64,000 bases of DNA from Lama glama (taxonomy: Eukaryota). The stretch spans positions 74,526,001 to 74,590,000 of the forward strand of contig CM052816.1 of the NCBI GenBank assembly GCA_028534125.1, in the 5' to 3' direction. The position numbers and the translations under genes are program-made. Under the pieces are notes generated by a model that saw only the letters and a list, made by a program, of their open reading frames with translations, did no database searches and was not told the origin of the DNA. Below are positions 12,907 through 24,592 of the stretch, piece by piece (position 1 is the first letter of the stretch; each line of letters starts with the position of its first letter).

Positions 12907-15900
12907 TTTTGCCACATCGATTACCAAGTAAGGCGAGAAAAGTGTTTAAAAAGTTACAGTGCCTGGGCTCGGGTATCTACTGTTAATAAAGTGATCATTC
13001 TAAAAAGAGTCCACCGCTGTCACTGCCACCTCAGTGGCTTGGGAAAAAATGTCAGCTTTGTCTAAACATTGCCCTGATCACAGCTTAGTATTCTAACAAT
13101 ACAGGCAGTGTCAGTCATTACATCTTAAGGAAGATGAAAGCGTGTGAGAGAAGAGCCATAAAAAAAAGGATGACAAGGTTTAAGATTATTAATCCAAAAC
13201 AGTGATTCTGGAACTAAGGACTGCATCACCCTGCGCGCGAGTGAGAGTTAGCCTCGGGGGTGGAGTTTTCTGGATCCAAGAAGCCACGCCCCCTCCCAGG
13301 GTTGTGTACTATGTCAGTAAGTAAAGATACAGCAAGGAGATGTGGGGGCTGTAGAAACTGCCACTGAATGGGGATCACATTTGGAACGTTTGGGGATTTC
13401 TGATCTAGAAGAAAAAAACAGTGATAGAATATAAATAGATACATTTTCATGAGCAAAATGCTGACAAAATTCTGGCCATGGAAAAACGTTCTGCATCCAG
13501 GAAGAACCACTTAGGCTAGATACAGAGGAAAATTCTTCAACAGCAAGGGTTTCCAAATAGAAACATGTAGTTTGGGGACCATGAGGGATTTCTTTCCATA
13601 TTCTAAGGATGAGTCAGGTACAGTCTGGGGTGGTGGGAGGAGGAGGGGAGCTGGACCAAATAAATGACCCCTTGGGCCAAGCTTCTCTTTTTTTTTGTAC
13701 TGCACCTTCTCATCCTTGAACTTCAAAACTCGGCTTTGGAACCAGCAGCTGAATTCCCAATTAGGAAAGTTGTCACCATGTCAGAGCCTCAAGAATGGTG
13801 ATTAGCTCCTCAATTCAAAAGAGGAAGCAAGGTTTGGATTAAGTATTTCAAATCACCTTCTATTTCCAGCAAAGGGAATTCCCCAAGGGGACACTGTGTG
13901 TGAGCTCTCTCAGGGCCTCACTGGACATTTCAGGCACGGCATCCCCGTGCACCGCCTCTGGAAGTGCCCTCGGCAGGAAAGCTCCTTTTGTGGCCCTTTA
14001 AGCACAGGAGAGCTGCCTTAGGAGGAGATGAAGTCGGATACCCAGTTAGGGAAGGAAGACTGGAGGAACAGAGCCTCAGACTTCTTCCAGTGCCTAGGGC
14101 TCAGTGCCTTGAACACAGGCGGGGCCCTATGCATAAATCTCTATGTATCCCACAGAGAGATACAATGTTCGCCCAATCAGGTGAATGTATTTGTTTATGC
14201 AAAATAGTTACTTTGACATCAATATTGATACATAAGAGTTTCTAAGAGACAGCTTCCCCTTGGCTTAACCCTGCATCCTAAGGAAAACACAGAAAGCAAA
14301 ATGAAACAAAACCCAAAACTATATAAACTCATTAAGTAAGCATTTACTAAATGCCTGCTTTACACAACACACATTGCCAGCTGCATGGAGATTGATGAGA
14401 TATGGTAACTGACCCTAGGTGTTTGCATCCAAGGAAATAACATGGAATCAATCACACAGCTGAAAATTTAAGTCTAATATTAATTTCTATAAATGCCTTT
14501 ATGGTAACTATTGTTTTGTAACAATAAATAATGTTTGCATAATTAACTGGCTTTTTCATATGAATTATGTCCTCACTATTCATTACTTCTAAACTAAAAT
14601 TTCTAACAGAACTTTAAGGGTACAGGTCAGGTTTTCCACTTGGAAACTGGCCTTCATGGAGAATTTTAGAAATCATTTCCTTTTGATTGTTGGCTTCTAG
14701 AGAGCATCTACTGTCCTTTTCTAACCAGCCAGACTAAGAGATTTCTTTATCGATTCATCCACCTGGCATTACTTCATATTATTTGGTTAACAGAAGTGTT
14801 CTGAAGCTTTCCAACCCTACAAATAAGGATGTCAAGGGATATCTTCAGTTCAGTTGGAGACTTGATTTAAGAATCTGAAGTAAAATGGTGGCCAATAAAA
14901 TATCTCTTTTTATTTTCACCAATTTCAGTGAATTTTGGCAAGGGTGTGAAGATAAATGTTTTCTAAGATATAATGCCTGAACTCTGCATCTTTTAAAAAA
15001 AAAATATGGGGAGCTGGATTACATATTCACTCGCAGAGTGTGACCTGAAGGACGGAGGGAAGAATCCTTTGGGTCACCAAAATGTCCACACCAGCTGGTG
15101 CAGGAAGACAGAAATTGTACCATTAGGGATTTATTTATTCATCTGGATGAATCGTGGTCCCCTATTAAAGGGCATATACCCCTGAGGGAGTTGTCACATT
15201 CAGAATACTCAGCTGGTCAAACACTTCAGCATACATTATTTTATCTGATTCTTTCCATGTGCCATCAGTTTGGCGCACATGCAAATAGGTTTAGAGGTGA
15301 AGAGAAAAAGGCCAAAGTCTGGAGCTCTTTTGGGAGGGCAGCCTTGTAAAGGATGGATGCCCTGGCAGCCAGGACTGTGGGAGGGGGCTGCTGAGTTGAG
15401 AGAGGAGACAGGAGAGGGGGAGGCTCAGAGGGAGAGCTGGGGAGGCTTTTGGATGCTGAAAACAACCTGGCCAAACTGCACAGTTCTCCCGAGAGAACAC
15501 ATCTGAGATTAAGAGCAACAGTCAGCATGGTCTCTCCCCTCACCAGGGAGAAATAGTGGGAACTGGGGGACAGTGAGAAACACCAGTTCTCTATCCCTAT
15601 CACCCCTCCCTTCAGCTTCAGCTACAAGAACATCTAACTTGTGATGAAAGTGAAACATTTAAAAGTGAAAGATCCTACCTGCTGGCTCTGAAGGAGAAAA
15701 CTAGCCTGGGAAATGACAGAACAAGGTCCAGGAGAGCCAAATGCCTCCCACAGGGTCAAAAGTTCCCTTCCTGACCGGAGCCCCTGCCACTCCTTTGACC
15801 TAACGTGGAAAGCACTGGCCCTATTTCAGGGCACCCTAAGTGCTGTCAACAGCCTGCACAGCTCCTCCAGACAACCTCGGACAACGTTACAGCTGTTTCC

Positions 15901-16889
15901 TCGCCTGCCAAGACAGCTTAAACTTGCAGGGTTCCCTGCATTCTTTCAAATCAGGGCTGGAAGCGATAGCTAAAGGGGATGGCTCAGCTCAAGGGTTTTT
16001 CATTTTGATTGTGGAACTGCACATTTGCCGCATGTGGAATGCTTCCACACAGAGTTCCCTTTTAGAGACTGTGAGGTGGGTGGCCCACAGGGAGTTCTCT
16101 CCTGCTCAGATTTTACTGGGCTGAACTGAAAAACAAGTTGCCAGGCTTACAGCAGGGAAATCAACCGTGGTCCCTGCAACACACACACAGCTGTATCAAG
16201 AAATCCAACAGGGAAAGCAAGGAGTCATTTCACTCGCAGGCTCCCCCTGACTAGCATCCGTCCTTGGCACACCTATGGTGTTTCTGATCCTGCAAATCCA
16301 TGAGAAGTCACCCGTTAGACTCACTGTTATGAGTAATACCACTTCTTAATATCCAAATTACCTGTTTCTAATGCTGGTTTAGAGTCACATTTCCCACAGC
16401 AGAGCTTAAGTAGGAAAAAACCCAGGGATAATAGGTTCTAACAGAAAACTTTTGGCCATTCTGTAGATTTATTTGAATTTCTTCCTATGTGGTAAAGCCT
16501 GATGCTCTGTGGTCACTTTCTGGGGGGACAGTAGCTCTTGAATACTGAATCTGTGTTTCCATTTCCTTGGTCACATCTCTATCTGGCTGCCAACACAACA
16601 GTTCTTCCCACAGCAAAAGTCAATACGCCAAAAAGGAAGAAAATGAAAAAAACCTCATGCTGAGTAGCTGAGGAGAAAACACTAGTCTTAAAAATATTCC
16701 TCACAGAAATACTTCTTCCTTCCTGATTTTAATCTTAGGCCTCTTAATACGGTTACAGAGAGACTCTTCTGGAATCTTTCTTATTATTACTCTGAAGCAT
16801 TATGTGTTGAAATCGAAGTTGTCTAGAGTTTATTACTTTGACTAAGTGCTTAGCTGTGTGTTCAGAACAGAAAAGCGTGTATGGATTGG

Positions 16890-17020
16890 CCAGCTGTACT
16901 TGAGGGCAGAGAACGATTGTTTCTCCTTTATTCCCATCTTCTCATTTTGGAAACGAGGAGGATGCCAGGCATGCAGCATGCTCCCAGGAAACACTTGAAT
17001 GAATGAATGAATGAATGAAG
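16890..17020 (+). mobile_element. L2 3' end with (TGAA)n tail
   Basis: gatgccaggcatgcagcatgctcccaggaaacacttgaatgaatgaatgaatgaatgaa. Confidence 0.55.
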
Positions 17021-17949
17021 TAACTGGCTAATGTTGCCTTTCCCTTCCCTAATGGCCCAGTGCTCTCCAGCTGACTCCCAGGGGCCCAGGGCCATTCACA
17101 CATGTTTTCACCTGCAGCTGGCCCTCTCTGGCTTTCTCCCCACCATCCCTCTCCACCTGAACTTAATGGTCTTGGGTTTCATTGTATCTCGCCCAGTATG
17201 GGTACTAAATCTGATGATTTGCTGTCTTTAGATTGTAATTTTGAGTCTTGTTGCTTATTCCAAGAATAATAACTCAAAGGCATCATCTCTACTTTAGTAT
17301 ATGTGCTGCCAACGCAAGCACAGGAATCATTATCTCTACTTTAAATTAAACCTCGCGCATAGGTAGCCTCTCGGTGCTCACATCTGCAGCACAGATGACC
17401 TTTAAATATTCAGAACGCACTGAAAGACAGAGGCCAAGTTAATACTAAAAAAATGCACAACTACATAAATGGGTATGTATAGGTGTGTGTACACACATAC
17501 ACAGAGTATAGACCATTTTTTTTTACAAAGATGATGCAATAATCAAGAGTTCAGAACTTTTATACTTAAAAGGTTAAGTTCTAAACTGAGATACATTTAG
17601 TCTCTTCTCACAAAACTCTAATATACTATGAAAACAACAAGAACAGATGACTCAATTCGGAGAAGGGGACGGCAAAGGGAAACTCCTACAGAATTTTTTT
17701 CTTTTCAGTCAAGAGTAATAACATGAAGACTGGAGAATATAGAATAAATGTAGTCAATAAAACTGAATTCTGAAGCCAATGTAACAATAAGCGTAGTCCC
17801 AGAGCTAATGATGAGTTCAAATGTTCAAGATGAGATGAGTTTTATCCCAGATCCTAAAAGCATAAATGGACCAATAACCTACTGGTTACTTCCGAGGATT
17901 TTCAGAGGACAGAAGAGGAGATTTTTGAATAAGTGAAAAGAGTAGATTC

Positions 17950-18030
17950 TTTTATTTTTATTTTTTTAATTGAAGTATAGTTGACTTACAATATTGTGTT
18001 GGTTTCAGGTATATGGCAGTGATTCAGTTG

Positions 18031-18100
<70 letters not shown>

Positions 18101-18862
18101 TTCTTTTTCAGATTCTTTTCCATTATAGGTTATAATAAGATACTGAATACATTTCCTTGTGCTATACAGTAAGTCCTTGTTATTTATCTATTTTATATAC
18201 AACGGTGTGTATTTGTTAATTCCATACTCCTAATTTATCCCCCTTCGCTACTTTTCCCTTTGGTAACTATAAGTAGGTTTTCTATGTCTGTGAGTCTGTT
18301 TCTGTTTTGTAAATGGGTTAATTTGTATTTTTTTTTTTTTAGATTCCACATGTAAGTGATATCATATATTTGTCTTTCTCTGTCTGACTTCACTTAGCAT
18401 GATCATCCCTAGGTCCACCCATGTTGCTGCAAATGGCAATATTCCATTCTTTTTATGGCTGAGTAGTATTCCACCACATATATACCACATCTCCCTTATC
18501 CATTCATCTGTTAATGGACACTTAGGTTGCTCCCATGTCTTGTAAATAGTGCCACTATGAACACTGGGATAAATGTATCTTCTCAAATTAGAGTTTCTGT
18601 CTTTTCTGGATATCAGGAGTAGGATTGCTGGATCATATGGTAAATGATTCTTACTTTTTTTAGGGAACCTCCATTCTATTCTCCATAGTGGCTGCACCAA
18701 TTTACATTCCTACCAACAGTGTAGGAGGGTTCCCTTTTCTCCACACCCTCTCTGGTGCTTATTATTTGTAGACTTTTTGATGATGGCCATTCTGTTTGGT
18801 GTGAAGTGATACCTCATTGTAGTTTTGATTTGTACTTCTCTAATTATTAGAAATGTTGAGCA
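17950..18862 (-). mobile_element. 5'-truncated L1 (ORF2 C-terminus + 3'UTR)
   Basis: ORF 18362-18700 gives L1 ORF2 C-terminal motifs (VQPLW, LPYDPAI, WEQPKCP, PFAATW), followed by 3'UTR and an A-rich tail. Confidence 0.95.
18031..18100 (+). repeat. Compound (TATC)n(TGTC)n(TATC)n microsatellite inside the L1 3'UTR
   Basis: Read directly from the sequence. Confidence 0.95.
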
Positions 18863-21549
18863 CAAAGAGGTATTTTTAAAACTATGCCTTCAATCCCCAG
18901 CAACATTCTAGAATGAATCGTTAGTTTCTAAGTATCTGGAAAGGAAACCACGGGTCACCTGGAACCAGCATGGATTCACTAAGAACAAATTATAGGAAAT
19001 GCACTTCATATCCTTTCATAAAAGGATTGTCTGACTGTTATTCAGGAGAGTGTTGTTCACCAAACGTTTTTCAGTTTCAGTGAGGGAAGTGACATAGTCT
19101 CTCATGACATGTCATGAGTAAAATCTACCACTGTGGCCTGAATAATTATAAAGATAAGTGAATTCATTGATGGTTAAACAAATGACCCAAGAAGTGAACT
19201 GCAGAATCCTGAACAGCCTAGGGCATGACCTGCATGAATAGGTTGCAAAACTTTGCATTTGGTTTTGTTATACAGGCTTCGGTAGAAGACTCAAAAAGTT
19301 GTCGGGGGGCAGGGCATGTATATGGATTCATCGAATCCACACATGAAAGAAAACTAGTAATTCTAGCATGGAATTAAAAAGAATAGCAGGTTTCCAATCT
19401 AATAGATCTCATTAGATTCAAGGAATGGACTAAAAGAACTAAAATACTGCAAACTTAATTCAGAGAACGTGTTAAGTCCCGAGTTTGAATTTGAAATTCT
19501 CCTGCTCATCAGCCTGCATCACCGCCTGACCTCCAGCTGGCAAAGCCTGTGCTATCCAAGAAGCTTCCCTGACCCCCAGAACCTGCATCAGTAGGATCTG
19601 ACTCAAGGCATCATTTTGATAATGAGACTTTAAAGCAGACGGCCAGTTATCACACTTTTAAACAATACGCACATCAACACTGAAAATCTTAGTCTCCCTG
19701 ACTCGGTCCTCTCTGGCAAAGACAGGTATCCAGGCAAGGAGAAGGGACACGTTCATTCACTTCTCAGAAGATTGGGCCTGAGCCAACGGGTTACCCTTCC
19801 TGGGAGATGATAGCTCACAGTAAGGGGTAGATACATAACCACAAAGTGTGGTGGAGATGCAGGTGGGGTAGAGTTGGAATAGTTGATGGTGAACAGGAGC
19901 CATGGTCCAGCCCCCTAGGAAGGTATGGGGCCCCATTTGTCTAAGTGTCTCCTCTTGTTCTTTAGTCACTTGTGGTACTCCTGTGCCCAGAGAAGGGCTT
20001 GTGAGAACAAGTCCAGTCTCCGTTTTTTTTAAAAAAAAAATAAAACAGCAAAAGATATCCCCTAAAGTTCACATTCCCAAATGAAGAGGAGGGAGCAAAA
20101 CCTTTGCCACTAAATAGGAAGACCAGGCAGTTGTGTCTGGACAAGGTTCCCAGGAAGGAAGGAGGAGGGGTTTAGACTAGTGATAAGATCACAGCTTTCA
20201 GTCTCTGAGTGGCTTTCCCTGACCCTCTGATCTTGAGAGCTCCGGACCAGAATTCAGATCCCTTCTGGCTCTGACAAGGGAAAAACAAAACAAAACCAAA
20301 AACAGAAAGGAGGAAAGGAAAAGAAAACTTCCCCAAGTTACCGACCTCCTTTTTGCCTCCTTCCTTCTTCCTTTAGTCCATCCGTCCTCTTGTCATGGTG
20401 CTTTCTTTGGAGGAATCCATTTTAATAAGATCCCTGAACATTCCAGTCTCTGCACCATCCCAGCCCTAGACCATCCTCAGCAAAGCATGACACCTTCATG
20501 GGGTTTGTTTCTTGCTTTTGTTTTCATTCATTTGTTTATTTTGAAATTATACACAATGTTTTTCAATATATTCCAAATAAAAGCACTTTAAAATGCTGAC
20601 TGCCAAACTTGCAAACATCTTGATAAGGAAAAAAAGAAGCCCACGTGGCGTTCATTTCATTCAGAAAGCCCACTTTTTTAGTGCTATCACTTTTGGCTTC
20701 AGCATTAGAAATGTCTTCAAGTATCAGACAACAACTCAAGGTTCTGACTCTCTTCCCTGTCCCTTTTCCATGTTATTTATAAACTATTTCTCCGACATAC
20801 TTACCCACGATACCCAGTGCCACATGTTCGGGCTTTTTTTAGTCCCACATTTTGCACCTTCATTCAGCTTTGGCTGTGGTCCCAGCCCTCTGGCACAGCT
20901 GTACTTGGTGGCCTGGCAAGAAGGGCCCTTTGAGGTCAGTGGGGCCTCGGTGAGGAGGGGTGGAGAGCAAGGACTCTGCAGAGACACACCACAGGCTCTG
21001 GAGGCCCGAGGCATGACTGCTCTTACGCTTTGATTTCCATTATGCTTTCGGGAGTATCCCCCGTACAGAATACGGCCACTAAAATCAAACATCGGTGAAG
21101 TCAGACAAGTGGGCTTTGTAGAGCAAACTTCTCTCCTAAAAGCATAATGACACACCTGCAATATTCATCCTTTAGACCCCTGAGTCCAGCTCTCCTATTT
21201 GATCCAATTTCCATCTACCATGCAAAGAGACCCATTCATCTAAAAGTTAAACCCATTTCTTAAGAGATAAGCTTTCTGTTGTTACAAAGCCCATGGCTGT
21301 TGGACGCAGTCACTTTAGCTGAAAGGTGCACTTGACTATCAAAAAGCTTGGCGCCCTCCAAAGAACACGTCTCTTTTCTTCTAAACATTTTCACTGAAAA
21401 TTCTTAAGGTGGGAGGAGGAGGAATAGGAGGCGGGGTAGATTCAGAGGTAAGCAAAGTGGGGTCAGAGAAGGCAGAAGAGGAGAAAGAAAAAATATTATT
21501 AATACCCCACCAAACCAAATGACTTCTGGGTTGTCTTTCTTTAGTTTTG

Positions 21550-21775
21550 TAACAATAAAAGCTTATATCTACTGAGCGTTTATGTGCCAGACAGGTTTTA
21601 AGTTCCATACACGTATTAACTTATTTAATCCTCACAAAAACCCTATATGCTGGGCACTACTGTTATCCTCTCTTACATATGGGGAAACCGAGGCACAGAG
21701 AGGCAAAGTAACTCCCTGAGGTCACACAACTTACAAGTGGTAGAGGGAGGATTCAAATCCAGCCTGTTCTCTGAG
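21550..21775 (-). mobile_element. MIR SINE, near full length
   Basis: tactgagcgtttatgtgccag...tttaatcctcacaaaaaccctat...ggggaaaccgaggcacagagagg...ggattcaaatccag. Confidence 0.85.
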
Positions 21776-23119
21776 CCACTCTGCCCGGGGGTTCCTGGAA
21801 CACTGGGCAGGTCAGCCCTGAGAGCTTAGATGGACAGATTCCTCTCTCTTTCAACTTTATGAACTACTCTCCTTCCCTCCTTTATTTTCTCAAGTTTGTT
21901 ACAAGGATCACATATCTACATTTATTTAGTATTGTATTCATCCAAAAATGAAGAGATGATTCTTCCTTGGACTCTGAAACTTCAAAAGGGTCAAAATTTG
22001 GGGGATAAGTTTTTCCAAAAATAAATTGATTTTAAATAAGTAAGCTATGAGAACAGTAACAATCTAAAAACAAAAGGGTACCGCCAAAGGGGCCGTGAGG
22101 GCATATGGCTGCCATCCTTACACCCTGCGAGCTTAGGAGCACTCAGTTGTAGGAAAGAAGCACAGAAAGTCCAATGGAACATTCTGGGGGTGGGGCTTGG
22201 ACAACTACCCACGGCCTGGAGCTCAGCCTCCAACTGTCTAGCCAGAGGTGCCCTCCACAGGAAAACCTGAACTCACAACAAAATAAACTTCAATCACAAA
22301 TAAGACATTATTATTTACACAGGCATGTGTGTTTTATCGAGGCTTAATCTTGGATCCCTTTAACTATGCCAGTTTGTTTATAGGCTCTCTACAAACTAGA
22401 AGAACCACAAGGGAGAAAGCCAGATGGAAGGAATCCTCTGGTTGAGTACCTTCACAGAGGAAAAGCATCCTCCATGCAAGCCAGTGGGAAAGCAGACTCA
22501 GCCAACGGCTACTTAATTTTAATTAACACGAGGTCCATTTAACTATTCAGGGGCTTCACCTGCGGCACAAATGAAGGCACAGCTCACAGAGGCGGAAAGG
22601 CCTTCAGACCAGCCTGCTCCACCGCTTCTATGTGATCTAATCCTGGTTTTATGTTGGCAACTGAGGCCCATTGAAATCCAGCTGCCTGGCCAAGGTAACA
22701 AAGTTTCAAAGTGGCAGGAGGGCCCAGAACTGGAATCCAGATCCTGAATATTGTTCTTTCCACCCTGCCTTGTTCATAGACAGAAGAAAGGGTGCGTCTG
22801 GGACTCAAAGCAAACTCTCCTCTCTACACAGAGCTGTATTTTCTAACATTACAGGGGAAAAGGCGCACGTGTACACAAATTCCAGATAAGACGTTAAATA
22901 GGTTGTATGACTGCATTCCCATAATAATGACATACAATGGTAAGAAAAGAAAAATCAGTCAGGTGGAATCTATTTATGTTCCTTAAGAAAAAGGTTAATG
23001 AAAACATTACCAATATATTAACAATCAAGAATAAAAGAAGAGTGAAAAACTACCACCACAAAAAGGGTACCCTCACGCTGGTGTAGCAGTCATGCAGGCT
23101 CCTGTGGGGATGGACGGAC

Positions 23120-23121
<2 letters not shown>

Positions 23122-23150
<29 letters not shown>
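23122..23150 (+). repeat. (AC)n microsatellite
   Basis: Read directly from the sequence. Confidence 0.95.
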
Positions 23151-23153
<3 letters not shown>

Positions 23154-24389
23154 TTTGTATCAGAGCTTGGCCTATGAGTTCTGCTCCAGTGGCTAATAGC
23201 TGTTTAGTTTCACCAGAGCTTGCAGGGGTATATGGTATTTACCCTGTGATATCCAGTCTCAACTTTCCACCAGTTTTGTAGCTATTACTGCCCTCACTTC
23301 CTACTCAAACTCACCCAACCTGCCAAGTTCCTTTGCCAAACAATTCTGGATGCAAGAGTATTAAAATGAGAAACTAAGGATTATGCAGAGAGATGCTGAT
23401 TATTAAACACTCATTAAAAGAAGAGTTAATGACTTTATCATGAATATAGTACCATGAGAGAATGCTATTGATCATGAAAGTTACTACTTCCGTATTACTA
23501 AGCAGAAGACTATGCAGTCACTGTGTGGAGGTAGCAAAGCACAAGAAAGGGACTCCTGGAGGCCCTCCATCAGCCAGACCTGAGTTCTAGCTCTAGTTTG
23601 TCCTTTGCTGGGGGACATATCATCATCTTCTCAAACTCTCTTAACCTCACTGCCTCCCGGGTAAGAGGGTGACCACAGGCCCCTCCCAGGGTCTTGGAGG
23701 GACGCAAGGTGAGCACATTGTCTAAGTGTCCATCACACTGTTAATGTTGGGTTTACGTCCATCCCTTTCACCTGGTGACCCGAAGTTTCTAAAGTATGAG
23801 GATTAAAAAAAATATATCTTTTCATTTTTTGTGAAATTAAAAAAACCCAAAGGTTGGGGGAGGTAGGGAGAAATCAACTTCATTTACAAGAGGTAGAATT
23901 TGTGTAAATGTGAGAAGGGAGGACAAGAAAGCAAAAATATCCCAAGGATAATCTTTTCCAGGTAGATTTCTGAAACCTGGGGGAAAAACCCATAAACAGA
24001 TGCTGGGGTCTTTAAAAAGCTCTGCTCTAAATTTAAGTTTTGTGCAAACAGTGTCCCATCAGCTTGAGACTATCCTAACGATTCCTCTCATAGCTGTGGT
24101 CTGTGGATATCTCCTTGGGGAGTTGCCAACCCCTGGTGGCTCCGGGTTAAACATTTTGTTGCTAGTCAGCACCTCCGCTAGAGGGCAGCAGGTGGAAGGG
24201 AGAGGATGTCCACATGGCTCAATGTCAAGGCTTGGCAACCACAGCTGTCAAGGCGGGGTGCCAAGTAATAGGGGTGCAAGGGGGCATGTCAACTGATGGA
24301 AAAGATGAGAGCCTGAGTGATTAGTGGTTTTCCATTTCTAGCGAAGCCAGGGATGGAAGGAGAGAGTTCAGCATTAGTAGGAATTTGGA

Positions 24390-24592
24390 GCAAGGGTTTC
24401 CAAACCATTTAATCTTCGGATTCCTGTTTTGAGTTTTCCTAAAACACATACACACAAACACATAACACGCAAACAAATAAACTCCAGGGCATCACTCTAG
24501 GGCTTCTGCATCACAATCTCTAGGCATGGAGCTTCTGAATCCCTATTTTTCAAAGAACTCCCATCTTATTCTGAGTAACAGCCAAGGTTGGT
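24390..24592. mobile_element. hAT-Charlie MER5-like MITE
   Basis: agggtttccaaacc...tcacaatctctaggcatggag...gaatccctatttttcaaagaactccca..ttattctgagtaacagccaaggttgg. Confidence 0.45.

Larger units (their letters stand above)
17800..19490 (+). mobile_element. CR1/L3 LINE ORF2 fossil, split by an L1
   Basis: From 18964 translates NQHGFTKNKL*EMHFISFHKRIV, matching the CR1 RT motif QHGF..SC.TNLISF. It is preceded by tcaatccccagcaacattctagaa (SIPGKILE-like). Confidence 0.6.

Noticed and set aside
15085..15100. CCACACCAGCT resembling the start of GHR exon 3
   Set aside because: Wrong strand, no acceptor, and the following sequence does not match exon 3.
18362..18700. 112-aa ORF with recognisable protein motifs
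   Set aside because: It is the frameshifted C-terminus of L1 ORF2 in a truncated retroelement, not a host gene.
20593..21161. Longest ORFs (146 aa and 125 aa, opposite strands)
   Set aside because: No recognisable domain or exon structure; such lengths are expected by chance in 64 kb.
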